Shown here: positions 1-23,516 of the stretch, in pieces
Position numbering within the stretch: position 1 is the first letter of the stretch
How the letters are laid out: every line of letters begins with the position of its first letter
NCBI GenBank assembly: GCA_033442325.1
Contig: JAWQFM010000009.1
Coordinates: 987,729 to 1,051,728 of the forward strand
Direction of reading: 5' to 3'
DNA from: Salpingoeca rosetta
Taxonomy: Eukaryota > Protista > Choanoflagellata
DNA: 64,000 nt
Program-made: the position numbers and the translations under genes
Notes under the pieces: model-generated
What the model saw: only the letters and a program-made list of their open reading frames with translations
Told to the model about the DNA's origin: nothing
Database searches by the model: none

Positions 1-984
1 ATAGTCAATGTCTGAGGAGATGGGGATGAAGTTCAAGCAAACACATCAAGGAGTGGTTGCATGTGAGACATTGGAGAGAGAGAGAGAGTGTGTGTGTGTG
101 TGTGGATGCAAAGACACCCCCTCCCGCACACATGCACACATGCACACATGCATATATACACACGCGCCGCCCCCACTCCCCCACGCCCACGCCACGCCCA
201 CGCGTACCGTTGCCTTGGTACGTCTTCTGCCAGATCTCCTTGATGATGCGGTTGATGGACTCCATCTTCAACGCATGGAACTTGACAATCGCGCTACAGG
301 CAGAAATCAACACGAAGCAATGCCACACGTGCATCGTACGCAGGTGACGGTGAGCGAACACGCCAGTGATCCACCAAACCACAAAGGCGAGCGCTGTTCA
401 ACACAAAGGCGTGGCCACAGTGTCCGTGGTGTTATCAGGCAAACGATGACAGCAGCCATGACAACAGCGACAAGGAGCTGCAAGGCAACTCCTACTCACT
501 TGTCGAGGGCCGAGTAGTACTTGTTCAGATCCTCCTGCAGCTGTTTCGTTGCCTGGCATTCAATACTCTTTCGCTGAAACTCTGCATCCACGTTCTTCAG
601 ATGCGGCTTGCCCAAATCTTCTTCGTCCACCTACATTCACATGCACATGCTTATGTGGGGTCAGCCAAGCACAGGTGATCCCGCGAAGACATGTGTGCGT
701 TGACTCACATTGTGTTCACATACAGATACACACATACATACACACACATGCATACGCACCTGGAGCTTGTTGAGGAGTTCGCTGCGGCGGCCGGTGAGTG
801 TGTGCTTGAGCTGCAAGAGTCTGTCTCGTTCTTCCTCCAGCTCGCTACGATCACCAAGGTCACCCTCATCCTCGTCTTGCTCTGTTGCGTTGGAGACAAA
901 ACACGGCTACGGTGAGAGGGTGGTGGCAGCAGCGGTTGAGACTTCATCACCACACTCAATTCGACACGCACACACATAAACACA

Positions 985-1054
<70 letters not shown>

Positions 1055-1494
1055 CGCACACACATGCGCACGATGACCACCTGTCATTTCCTGGCGCAGG
1101 GCGTCAGTCTCTGCCTTGACGCGTTGCATCTCCTCCTCCTTCTCCCTGTGCCGCAGGTTTGCCTCGATGTTTGCGCGGTACTGCTTATGCGTGGACACGT
1201 CGGATGAGAGCTGCGACATGTGGCGGTCGAGGTCCTTAATGCGGTCGGAGAGCTCGCGCTGGTCGCGCTGCCGCTCCTCCAACTCCTCCTTGCACTTGGC
1301 AAGCCGCTGCCGCTGCCCAGAGGCAACATACCTGGCCGCGCAGCGTTTGTGTGAGGGCGAGAGAGTGTGAGAGTGTGTGTGAGAGTGTGTGAGAGTGTGT
1401 GTGAGAGAGTGTGTGAGTGGGAGTGGGAGTGCGCATGGGAAATGTTGGGTTGAGCTGGGTTGTGTGCAGCAGGTGATCGAAGCAGGCGTTCGCG

Positions 1495-1586
<92 letters not shown>

Positions 1587-4446
1587 TTGATGTCTGATTC
1601 AATGGCGTCGAGGCGGTTGATGCAGCGCGAGATTTTGTTGACCTCCCGTTGGCTCTTCTCCAACACCTGCTCGCGTTCGTGCTGCAAATCCCGCCGCTCA
1701 CGGTCCGCATCCTCCATCGCCTTCTCGTACTGCTGCTGGTCCGTCCTCAACGCCTGCATACACGCACATGGAGGATACCACGTGCATGTCACGCATACAC
1801 GCACACGTCACTGGTGCAAGTTTCGCTCGTCCCATATCACAACACAGCACATCCACATCCACACACACACACACACACCTTGCGCTGGTCTTGTGTGGCC
1901 GTGAGTTCTTGCGACTGCGCTTGAATCTGCTCGCGCAGGCGCCTGCAGAACAAGATCACAAAGCAAAACGGCAGACCATCTGATGAGAAACTTGCAGAAT
2001 GCTCCAGTGCTTTGTGTGCGACGTGGCATGTGGGTGTTTGTGTTTACGGTGTGGCTGCTTACGCTTGCTGCGCCAATGCCTGATGCACTTTCGCCAGCTC
2101 ATCCTTCCTTGTTGACACGCCCTGCACACGCACGCCACATGTTGCAAGCCAACGTGACTCGGATGAGCTCGTCGCATGCACGCACGCACACACATGCACA
2201 TGCACACACACACGCAAACACACACGCACACACACGCACACACACACTCGGAAAGGGGAATAGAAGCGCAATTGCATATGAGTGGACATGCACGCATGTG
2301 CGCACTTGATATGCACGTGTACGTCAACACCCACCTGCTGCGTTTGCACACATGCACTCTGCAGTTTTCCTCGACGACGCACAACGTCGCTCTCCTCCTG
2401 CAACAGCTCCTCCCTGCAATGTCAGCCGCCAAGTCACGACAACGACATGAAGAGGCGGATGAGGTGACATCTCATTTCAATGCAGCGAGAGAAGAGCACC
2501 CGAGGATTGTGTGCAAGGGTTGTGGCAGCCGAACACAGCGGCGCACACACATGTTATCTCACCGCTTTCGTTGAAGCTTCTGCAGCTCCTGCTCAGCCTC
2601 ATCCAACGTGATGGTGTCGCCTGTGTACATATGTCGCGCGCATGTGTGTTGGGATTTGCAAGGATGGGTGCATCCACATGTTCAGTGTGTGTGTGGGGGG
2701 GCAGGGCACCAAAACAAGTGTGGCGATGTGGAGACTGCCAGATACACACACACACACACACCCGAGGTGAGGCGGGACGTGAGGCTGCTGATCTCCTTGG
2801 TGTAGGTGTTGATGCGCTGCTGTGACGCCTTAAGATCCTTTGCCACATCGCACAGAGCGCGCAGACGCTGGATGGCGTCCTTCGTGTCATCAATGTGGCT
2901 CTCAGTCTGCACACACAAGAAGCATAAGTGGAGCAGCGACGCGTATCGTGTCAACATCGCGTGACCACACCAAGGGCAGCAGCAACAGCCACTCTAATCG
3001 CCACAACCATTACAACCACAGGCACCTTTTCAACAACCACAGGCACCACCACGACCATGACACAATACCTTCTCTTTCTCGGCCTCAAGTTCCTCGATTT
3101 CGTTGTCGAGCGCGGCCAAATCGCCCTCGTGCTCCGACATGCGCTCCTCCTGCCGCTGGAACCGCTTCGCCTCCATCTGAAGCCCCTTCAACCTGAATCA
3201 CGGGCAAGCAAAGAGGCAAGCAGCGGTCAGCACTGGCAACCTGAATGGACGCGTCCGGCGGCACAGCAACCAACCCATGCATGCACACGCAAGCAAGCGC
3301 TGGACTCACTTGTCGACTTTTTGCTGTTGTACCGTCACGCTCTCGGCATCGCCTGAGCTCTCCAACGAGAACCGTTGCATCTTCTCCTCAATCTGTCAAT
3401 GATGGGGGTTAGGAGGGAGTAGGGATGCGACGCAAGAAGAGGGCGAAAGGAGAGGGTGTGTTTATGTGTGTAAGTGTGTGAGTATGTGAGAGTGCGTTTG
3501 AGCGAGTGTGTGTGTGTGTGTGAGTGTGTGCATGTGTGCGCGTGTTTGATGTGACCTGGATGCATGTCAGGTGTGGTTGTGAAAGTGACTGTCCACCACG
3601 CACGTACCAGGCGCAGGCAGTCCTCTGCTTCCTGATCTGAGGCGAAATCACGCTGACAGACAAAGCAGGCGTGCGTCTGTTGAGATTTCTGCTTGATGAC
3701 CCTGTACACCTTTGCCATGGCCGGGCGCAGGTCTTGCATGCTGCGCCACAAAGCGGAAGAACGAGACGCGTGAGGAAACAGAGACGCGTGAGGAAACAGA
3801 GACGCGTGAGGAAACAGAGACGCCAAGGAGAGTAATTTGATACCCATACAACACAGACAAACACACACACACACAGACAAACACACATACACACACATTC
3901 AGCAACCATGGTGTGACCTTCGCATATCGCGCAGGGCGGCCTCTGCTTCCTTGAGAGCGTCGTCCAGCGGTTTTTCTGGGCACTCCTTCGCCAGCCGCTG
4001 CGACCACGCGCTGTGCTCCTGCTGCAACGTTTCAAGAGACTGCTTGATGGCCGACTGACGCGCGTTCTTGTCGGCCAAGTGCTGCACAACAGCATCGCGG
4101 TTGCGGTTGGCGTTGTCCAGGTGTCGCTCCTGCGATCTGTGAGTGTGTGTGTGTGTGGGGGGGGGGATGTGGGTAAGAGTGACAGTGTGTGTAAAGGCGT
4201 AAAGGTGACCGTGTGAGAGTATGTGAGCATGTGAGTGTGGTGGTAAAATGTCAGTTGCAGCAAACACCCAAGCCTAACACATGTGCTCCCGCACACACAC
4301 ACACACACATACCCGTGTTCACATGCACATGCACACATTTCTGTACGTACTGCAGGGCGCCGACAACTGCGGCGTGGTAGCGGTCTGGTGAGAGCTGATC
4401 GCCAGCAGCATCCTCCAGCTCAGACCCGTGCTTCTTCAGACTACCG

Positions 4447-4502
<56 letters not shown>

Positions 4503-4832
4503 TGTGTGCACGTTCATGGAAATGAAAGTGTGGGAGCGCGGTGGTCAGCGGTGACGAGCCAGCGAATACATCCGAATTAGGAGTGAATGGTAGGCAGTAT
4601 CAGAGACACCCAACATGAGCAGGGCAGCAGAACGGTGTGCGCCTGTACACTACTGCAATGAACAAGGGCATGGCTGGTGCCGTCGTAAACAGCACAACGC
4701 ACATCTTGTCGACGCGCTGCTTGCTCTGTTCCATGGCATCCTTCGTTGTCTGGATCTTGCGTTGCAGCTCCTCATCCTGGCGGATCCGGCGCAGGCGCTC
4801 GCTACCAGTGTGAGATGTGTGTATTTGGGTGT

Positions 4833-4907
<75 letters not shown>

Positions 4908-6469
4908 CGAGTGTGAGCAAGAGAATGCGAAGGAAAACACGTAAATGCAGAGGTGGACAAGGTTGCCGTGCATTGAGAACCAAGTCACATCCACAGAGTA
5001 CACACAAAACCACAACACACACACACACACACACGCCACACGCTACACACCACACCACAACACACACACACACACACACACACACCACCATCAACACCAC
5101 ACAACGCACGTTGCCCTTTTCAGCTGTTGTTGGGTGTCTTTCTTCTGCTTTTCGATGTTCTTCTCTGCAATCTCCGCCTCAAACGCCTTGAGCGCGTCGT
5201 CTGCGTGCTTGTGCTCAAGCTCCTGCCCATATGCATGCGTACGTGCGTGTGTTGTGTGTGTGTGGGGGGTGCCACCAGTCCACGGTCAGCTGGCGCACAC
5301 CGCGCACACGCACAAATGAATAGACGACGACGATAAGTAGCGCATGGTACTCATATCATGTGAGTTTGTGTGTGTATGGTCGACGTACGGCTGTGTTGAC
5401 GAGCGCCTCCAGCGACTGCACGTCTGTTGTTTGTGCCGGCGCCTGCTCCAGCTGCTGCGTCAGCGAGCGGATCGTCTTGCGGCACTTGTCCTGTGTGTTG
5501 TGTGAGTGTGCGTGTGAGAGAGAGAGTGTGTGTGTGTGAGTGAGTGAGTGAGTTAGTGAGAGTGAGACAATGTGTGTCAGTCATGCTCCCTCGTGCGTGT
5601 ATATGTGCAGTTGTGCGAACGGAACGTTCAGACGCTGCCGCCACCATTTTGATACCTCCGTCTGCTTGAGATGCTGCAAGCGCGCTTGCAGTTGATTGAA
5701 TTTTGCACGCTTCTGCTCGTGCTTCTCGTCAACACGGCTCTGCTTCTGGTCGTAGCTCGCCTGCACACGCATGCAGCGAAGAGGATCACCTCGGTGAACG
5801 TTTTGATGTGATCACCAAGAGGGTTTTTTTTTGGGGGGGGGGGTGCAGTGGGGTGCAGTGCAACCTTCGGCCACTTGGAGCGAATCTCACGTGCCACGCA
5901 ACCATCGAACACGTGCGCAGGCAGAGTCATAGACACACAGATATACACATACACACACGTACACACACGTACACACACACACACACCACCACCACCACCA
6001 CCACCACCACCACCACACATACACGCACGCACACACACGCACGCACACACGCGCGCACCTTTGTTTCCTTCATGCGGGCCTCGGCGTCCTTGAGCTGTCC
6101 CTGTAGATACTCGAGGAACGCCTCAGGCTCAACCACATCTGTCAACAGGCAGCAAGCAGGCGCACAATCAACTGTATGCAGATGCGCGATGTGCACTGCA
6201 CTGACGTTGAAAACGAAAGCATGCTCACAATCACAGTTGTACTTGCACGCAATCACAGAGGTCACGCATGTACAGACACGCACACACACACACACATACA
6301 CACGCGCGCACCAGCGATGGCGAGCTCTCGACATAGGTCAACGACGAGCTGCTTGCGGTCTTGCAGCTTTCGCTTGTGCTCCTAAAGGCGGCAACACGGC
6401 AGGGGCAACGGCAACGCGTTGGTTTAGCAGCGACCTTGCCAAAACACAAACATGGGCACACAAAAAAGT

Positions 6470-6512
<43 letters not shown>

Positions 6513-7516
6513 GTGCTTGCTTGAGAGTAGGCGCCAAGGTCTGTCTTGAGGTCGGAGAGCTGGTGCTCCAGCCGCCGCAATTTCTCCTTTGCCTTGTCAG
6601 ACTCGGCCTTTGTCTACACGCACGCAGGAGGGAAAAAACAACAAATGGCAACAGGGTGCCGCACCACGTTTGTGTATGTGTGATTGTGTGTACGATTGTA
6701 GAGGTGTATTGGACGAGGATGAGGGTGATTGCAGACAACGATATGACGCCGATGACGACGAGGATGATGCTGTTGTGGTCACCGTTTGCATTGTGTATTG
6801 TGATTGCTCACCTCTTGAAACTTCTGGCGCTTGCTCGCCACCTCTGATTCGTACTGTCGCAGTTTCTGCTTCAAATCCTCGGTCGAGTCTGTCATTGTGA
6901 AGGAAATGGAGGCGGGAAGTGTGGGTGTTGTGGGCAAACATGCTGTGCGTGAGACAGGCTTTTGGTAGCAACATCCGAGCACGAAACACGCAACACCCGC
7001 GATTGTCAGCAGCCTTTCATCACACACGCACACACACGCACACACACACACACACACACGCACGAAATACACACACGCACATACATCGACGTGATGTTCA
7101 CCTGGGAGATGCGGGGAGAGCAAGCGGGCGCTCTCGCTGTGCTGCTGTTTCAGATGCTTATAGCGGTCTTGGAGAATGGCTGAAGACGAGAAGATGAGAA
7201 CAGGAAGCAGCATCAAATGAATGCGTGCAAGAGCGAAGGTGTGTGTGTGGGCGTGTGTGTGGTTGTGCGCAGTATTGTGTTGAAACGGGTTTGACACCCA
7301 CCAAGCTTCGTCTTGCGTTCATGAATGCGGGCCGAGAGCTCATCCAAGCGGTCCAGTTTCGTCTGCAAGTGTTGTAGTCATGCCAGCAACGCACGCATTT
7401 ACACATGCACGAGATCCATCATCGGTAATTTGATCAGGAGCAGCAAGAAATCCAGGAACCACACGCAAGCATGTGAGCGTGTTCACACACACACACACAC
7501 ACACGCACACACACAC

Positions 7517-7591
<75 letters not shown>

Positions 7592-7732
7592 ACGCATACG
7601 CACACGCACCGTTTTTCCGCAGCCGTTGGCGCCAATGATGACAGTCATTGGGTGCAGGAACTCGATGACCTGATGCGACTCTGGATCATACGAGCGCACG
7701 CCCTTGATCAGCAGCTTCTCCACTGTAGACAT
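1..7732 (-). CDS. RAD50: DNA repair protein RAD50 (multi-exon; 3' end continues beyond left edge)
   Basis: Exon 1 (7732-7610) reads [41 protein letters not shown], with a Walker A motif. Long coiled-coil exons follow. Zinc hook [10 protein letters not shown] lies near 3650-3675. C-terminal exons read [34 protein letters not shown] (~300-205) and DIDY at the window edge, all typical of RAD50. Confidence 0.93.
3762..3823. repeat. 18-bp minisatellite (gagacgcgtgaggaaaca) x3
   Basis: Visible directly in the RAD50 intron just upstream of the zinc-hook exon. Confidence 0.9.
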
Positions 7733-8018
7733 GGCGGCAGTCCCTCACACAACACGCGGGCGAGGGGTCAGCACAGTGACAGTTGGGGGGGGGGGGACTC
7801 AGGACGTCGTGCACTGGCTGAGGTGGGGTGGGTGGTCGTCGAGACACAGCTGCTGTTGTCCGCTTGCTTGCTTGCTTGGCAGTCGTGTTTGTGCGGGTTC
7901 TGTTTCTTCTCGTTTTTCCCGCGCAATTTCAACAAGGAGAAAAAACATAAGGGCAAAGACAGCAGGAGAAAGCAAACAGCAGGAGGAGAACACAAACACA
8001 CACACACACACAACACAA

Positions 8019-8057
<39 letters not shown>

Positions 8058-8072
8058 CACAACACGGCAGCG

Positions 8073-8993
8073 ATGGCGCAGTTGTTGCGACATGTGCGGT
8101 GCATGGCGACGCGGGTGACGCGCTTGCGTGTGGGGGATTCTGCGGAGATGCGAAAGCGGTTCACAATGGAGGAGGTGAAGGCGTTTGCGGAGCTCAGCGG
8201 GGACGACAACCCGCTGCACACAGACCAAGACTACGCAGCCAACACCCGATTCGGCAAATGCATCGTCCACGGCGTCCTCATGAACGGGTGTGTGTGTGTG
8301 TGTGTCTTGTTTGTGTTGATGTGTGCGCACGTGCGATTATGATCCCTCTCGCACACACTCACACACATACTCATGCTACACACAAACTTACACATTCACA
8401 CACGCACACACACTCTCTGTGTCTCTCTCCCGTGCTCACACAAACACAAAAACACATGCAACGTCAGGCTCATTTCCGCCATCATGGGCGCAAAGCTTCC
8501 TGGTGAAGGCACCATCTATCTTTCCCAAGAGATTGCATTCAGGGTATGTGCGAACTTGCATGGTGTCTGTTATGACCTCAGTGTCATCAAGGACGTCGTC
8601 GATGCATCACACAATCGTGCGCAACTCGCCCTCCCTTGCCTTCAACACACACGCACACGCTCACTCACACACACACGCTCACTCACTCACACGCTCTCAC
8701 TCACTCACAAACACACGCACTCACCCACGCGCTCACTCACTCACAAACACACTCACCCACTCCTCCACTCACTCACTGACTCACACGCACACTGCATCAT
8801 GCAGGGCCCACTGTATGTTGGCGATGAGGCTGTGGCGCGTGTTGAAGTGTTGGACATCCGCAAGGACAAGCCTGTTGTCACCTTTGCCACGCAGTGCTTC
8901 AACTCAAGCGGCGATCTGCTCATGGACGGCAAGGGGAAAGTCATGATCCCCAAAGACACACACGCCAACTCCATCGAGCAGGCCGACAACTGA
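8073..8993 (+). CDS. MaoC-like hydroxyacyl-thioester dehydratase (HTD2-like, probably mitochondrial); exons 8073-8287, 8468-8543, 8805-8993
   Basis: Hydratase-2 motif FAELSGDDNPLHTDQDYA, followed by [41 protein letters not shown]. The basic N-terminus resembles a transit peptide. GT-AG junctions keep the frame. Confidence 0.88.
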
Positions 8994-10016
8994 TCCACAT
9001 TCTATGTGCGTGTGCATGTGCGTGTGTGCGTGTGTCGGTGTGTGTCAGTGTGTCGGTGTGTCGGTGTGTCGGTGTGTGTCAGTGTGTGTCGTTGTCCCTT
9101 ACTCTTCCTCTGCTTCCTGTTCTTCTGCTTCTGCTTCTGCTGCTTCTTCTCTGTGCTGCCTTCATATCTGTCTGTCGCCTGTCGCGATTGTTACGTATTG
9201 CGACACCATTAAAACTCCTCCCCGCCAGCAGTTGGATTGCGTAGTGTGCGCGATGTCGCTAACGACGCGGTTTCTCTTGGGTATCTTTGGGCAATCGTCG
9301 GCCTCGCACGCGCTTCCCAGAAAAAAAAAAATTACCCGCCCACTTTGCTGTGCCGAGCCTGCCTTTCTTGCTTGTGTGTGTGAGGGTGGCGTTGTCGTTG
9401 GGTCGCTTGTGCGCCCCTCACCATTTCCTACGACTTTTGGCTTTGTGTGTGTCTCGTGCTGCCTGTGCATGTGTTGGAACACGAGCCTCCAAGGTCGCGC
9501 TAACCCAATACAAGGTACATGACAGTGTGTAGCAGTGGAACCGTGTGTCAGGAGGGAAACACTCCCGTAGACACACACGCGCACCCCGCAGTGTGCTTGT
9601 GGTTCCGAACCACAGACTTCTCTTCTTTTCTCCGCTCTCTGACGTTGTGACCGATAGTCTGTGCGGGATGTGTGATGTTGTTATGTTACAACATGGCACA
9701 CGCAGTCGTCGTGTTGTCGCTTCCTCACTTGCGCGCAACCACTGCCGACCTTGTTTGCGTAACTCCCCTCGTCCTTTTTGCTCTCATCCCCCTCTTTCTC
9801 CCCTCCTGCTCGCTGCTTGTCTCGACGCAACCTGCAACTGCCACTCACGCGCACTCACACCATCACACCATCACAAACACCCTCGCATGCACTGCCTCGC
9901 TCACTTGACTTGCTTCTGATCTCAACCAATCACTTGTGCAGGTCACGGGCGATAAGCCTGCCAGCGACATAATAGCGGTTGTGTGTTCTGTTTCTTGATC
10001 AATCGACACCAGGACC

Positions 10017-14997
<4,981 letters not shown>

Positions 14998-16217
14998 CGT
15001 GCCAGCTCGGCTGAGGCATCTCTCATACCAGGCAGCACCGGGTCTGCCCCTGATGAGGATGGTGCCTTTATGTTTTAGGCCCCCGCATTAGCTTAATTTG
15101 CTATCTGTCTCTCATTCCCTCTTCGTGTGTTTATACGATGCCCATCGGCTGCTGCTTCGCTCTGCTAATTGGTTGCTTTTGGTGGTTTTCCAACCACTTT
15201 CCCGCCTGTCTTTTGGCCATCTCTCATCTTCCCCCTCCCCCCAATCTCTTCCGTCTCCTCCATTTTTGTGGTCGTCTCCTGGCTATGTTGACTGTCTCAA
15301 GCCCTGCCCACAATTCCTCTTGCTGCTTTTCTCGTCGGCGTCTTCTGGGTGTGCTGTGGCTGTCTTGTTCACTCACACACATCTTTTTTTCCTTCGAAAT
15401 TGACTCTTTGTGGCTTCTTCAGCCCATGAGGTAATCGATTCCCCCCTCCTTCCCCTTCCATTTACTTGCGCCTCCTTTTCTTGTTTCTTTGGCCTTTCTA
15501 CGGCAGCGCAATAAGCACTCCACTTCCTTTTCTTTCGTGACCGTGCGTCCCTCCTTCTATGGCCGCATTGCTTGTGTCCCCATCGCTGTTTGTCGTTGCC
15601 TCTGTGCGTGTTCCTTCTTGTCCCCAGTTGGTACATTGATGTAGGCTTGATATGCCTGTTGTTTCTGCTCACGCCACACCCCCCCCCCTGGCCAATCCAT
15701 AGTCATAGCGAGCCAGTGCTTTTGTCTTCTTGTTTTGTGGCCAATTTGGGGGACTCGTGATGAGAAGGCGTCTTGTCATGCTTGTCAGACTGACTGCAGT
15801 TCGGCTCGACCAGTCCTGTCCGGCTTGTTGTGTTTCTCGCTGTTCGCTTGTCGTCTTCGACCGATCGTCGTACCCTCAACGAACAGTGTTGTTTCATTAT
15901 TTTTCTCTCCTGATCCTGATCCTGATCCTGTTCCTGATCATCGTTGGACTTCACAATGTCCTTGCTTCCTGATTGTTCGTTGTCCTACAGCATGTTTCGC
16001 TGCGCTGTGCCATGATGTAGGACTGTTTCTTAAAAGGATAACAACGCGCAACACAATTTCAGGCCGTATGGCGCCAGGAGAGAGGATGAGGAGAACAAGG
16101 AGGAGGCAGTGTGTTCGACGCAATTGGAGGCAGGGTGTGGTGATGGTTTCAACTACGTGATGGTGGGGACTGCGAGGATGGCATGGCAGCGCCCGGTGCG
16201 CGGATGGCTGTGTCCTT

Positions 16218-20230
<4,013 letters not shown>

Positions 20231-20270
20231 CTTGCTTGCTGAATGTTGATTAAAGTTATTCATCACTTTT

Positions 20271-20286
20271 CGCCAATCTTGGCAAC
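20271..20286 (-). promoter_or_regulatory. Candidate RFX X-box (GTTGCCAAG half-site in an imperfect palindrome) in the divergent AFK-like/AK9 promoter
   Basis: cgccaatcttggcaac, whose reverse complement is GTTGCCAAGATTGGCG, lies in the 281-bp gap between two head-to-head ATGs. Confidence 0.4.
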
Positions 20287-20511
20287 GAGCAAACTTTGCG
20301 CTTCAACAACACTGCTGCTTGTTGTCTGCCAGCTTGTTCAACAACGTTGTCTGCTTCGCTGTTTGCTTGTTGGCGTGTGTGCGTTGGCTTGATTCCTTGC
20401 ACGGATACACAGCTGACAAAGGGTCTGTCTGAGGCGCAGCGACATCTCAACTTGCCGACCCATCACAGCGCTGTGTTCTGCCACCGTTTCTACCACCATT
20501 GACCAAGGACC

Positions 20512-21760
20512 ATGGCGACGACGGGAAACGATCAAGTGTTGCTGGAGCCGTTTGACGACTCCGAGGCTGCCTTTAAGCAGGCGGCTGCACCCGTCCCTCG
20601 CATCGCAGTCATCGCCAACGTTGTAGGTTGCTGTTATGATGGTGGTGGTGATGGTGTGTGTGTGTGTGGGGGGGGGTTGGTTGTATTGGCGTGTGTGTGT
20701 GTGTGGGGGGGGGGGTGGTTGTGTTGGCGTGTGGGTGTGGGTGTGTGTGTGCGTAGGGTGTGTGCGTGTGTGTGTGCGTGGGGGGTGTGTGTGTGTATGT
20801 TGTGTGTGCGTTCGTGTTGAGTGTAGCCCATTGTGGTGGAGCTCAAGCAACGGTGTGCACAATGCATGTCATACATCACTGTGCAGGAGCCGCAAGCCAG
20901 GAATATCGGCGAGCATCTTGCTGCCTACTGGAACTGCGAGCTGATTGAGCCCGTGGCCATCCTCGAAGCTGCTGTCAAAGGTACCGCATTCCTGGGTGTG
21001 GTTTGATGATTATCCTCCCCAGCTCAACCGCTCATCAAGCCCTTGTCCTTTCCTCGTCTGTGCCTGTGTCTGTCTGTCTGTCTGTTTGTTTGTATGTATG
21101 CCTGTCTGTCTGTGTGTATGCGTGTGTCTCACTCACTGACATTTGTTGCTGTACGCTGTGTCTGGTGTTGTTTCTTGTTGCTGTTGCAGATGGCGTTGCC
21201 GAGCTGGAGCGCCGGAAGAAGTTGGAGGCCAAGCGCCGGCGGAGAGCCGCCAAGCGCGCTCAGAAGAAGGCAGAAGCTGGAGAGGACGGTGACGATGACA
21301 AGACAGGGGGTGACGACGACGACAAGGAAGCCGACGGGGCTGGGCCTGATGGTGATGACGACGCTGGTGATGATGATGAGGAGGAGGAGGATGATGAGGA
21401 AGAGGAAGAGAAGGGTGACGATGAATCCATCCAGCCACGTCGTGTCGATGCTGACGGACGACCCATCTACCACTCTGGCACGTTTGGCTCTGGTGATGGC
21501 GAGGAGGACGAAGAAGAGTTTGACCCGGACGAGGAGGAGCCAGACCCGGAGGTCGCGCGCAGAACCGAGTTGTATCGCTTCAAACCACGCCCCCTGGAGT
21601 CGGCCACCAAGCTCACCATGCAGGTGTGGCGTCTTGCATCGTGACCAGGGCTTTTGTGTTTGATTGTGAAGATGGTGGTGCTTGGAAGGTTTACGTGCGT
21701 GTGAATCGACGTGACCCTGTTCGATGAGGTCCTCCATGCACGCCCGACGCACAACGCACG

Positions 21761-21833
<73 letters not shown>

Positions 21834-22294
21834 CACACAACGTACGCCCATGCACACACTGCCTCACCCCGTTGCACACACGGTCGATGCGTTTGCTTGT
21901 GTGCAGGTTGCTGAGGCGCTGTTGGGCGGGGAGGCCGTCAGCAGCGACGATGTGATTGCACTCATGGCGGAGCGCGCCGCATCCCCTCGTGCCCAGCTCA
22001 GAGGTGCGTGACTGAAGACCTTGATAGCAATGATGACGATGATCATGGTGGATGGATGGATGGATGGATGGATGGATTGTTGTGTTCGTTGCAAGACATT
22101 AAGTGACATGCTCGCTACACCATGCGAAACACCTGTTTGCTGTGTTTGTCCTTGACATGCCACACAACACTGTGCTGTGCTTGTGTGTGCAGGGTACGTT
22201 GTGGTTGTGGACATGGCTGCGGGCGACACGGCTCAGCAGGTGCTCGCCAACATGCAGGATTGGGAGTTCAAACCAAACTACATCTTCCACCTCA

Positions 22295-22329
<35 letters not shown>

Positions 22330-23476
22330 CGTTGGAGGGCTGCGCGTTCTGGCTGCAGGAAGTGACTCCATCGCTATTCTGCTTCTCACGACGAACACAC
22401 ATACACGCACGTCCATGTCTGCATCATGGTTGTGGTTGCGAGCAGGAGGCGGCGAGTGACCTGAGTGCACAGGTTGCATCGATCATGCAAGACTTCCGCA
22501 CAGGCGTTCTTCTCTGCGATTCCCTCTGTGCTTCGGTGGGACGACGAAGATAGTTGGCTGTGGAGGGGAGAGATATGGCCGGTGGATGGGCCTGTGGATG
22601 TGTCTGTGAACGGATGGGGTTGGATGTGAATGGATGTGCTGAAGACGAGAGAAGGTCTTGTTTGTGTACTCGCCAGTTCTTACATCAACCTTCATGCTCT
22701 AGTGACGTGCTCACATCCGCTTGCGCATATGTGTATCTCACCTTGTGCGCTTCGCCTTTCACACAATCGTCAGGCGATGGACGGCGCTGATGTTGCTGAC
22801 AGCGGCGGTGCCGGGAGCGAAGACGAGGATGAAGAAGAAGAAGAGGACGCAGGGGAGGACGAGGAGGACATGCTGAGCGAAGATGCAACGGCATTCACAA
22901 CCCCGCGCGATAACGTTCGTTGCCGCATTTGCTGTCGTGCACGTGCACTTGCAATGTGCGACATCATCTGTGGCCCCGTCTCCAGCAACACTCGCGCCTC
23001 TGTGGTGACGGCGTTGATCGTCACCAACTTGCGTCATGTGTACGGATGCTGTCACCCACGCCACAACCCTGACGATCTCCATACAATCATCATCATTTTC
23101 ACCCTCGCCACCATCACCACCGCCATCACCACCACCATCACCCTCACAACCATCGCTGTCACCACCACCACCACCACCACTGCCACCATCACCACCACCA
23201 ACAACAGTCCATGCCGCAGCATGCCCCACCTGGTGAGGAGACGCTCCTGCAGTTTTGTCTGCGGCGCCCACGCGACGTTCGCATCACCAGCGCCAACACC
23301 AGCACCAGCACTGGTAGCACATCAGACACCCCTGCCCTTCGTCCCGTGTCTGCCAGCACGGAGGCTGTGCAGAGAAAGCTGCGAACAATGCGGGCGCAAT
23401 ATTGCATTGCCCTCAACGGAATTGCGCCGCTCCACTCCTCCGTCAACGCCATTTCCGTACGCCGCCTCCTGCTCTG

Positions 23477-23516
<40 letters not shown>

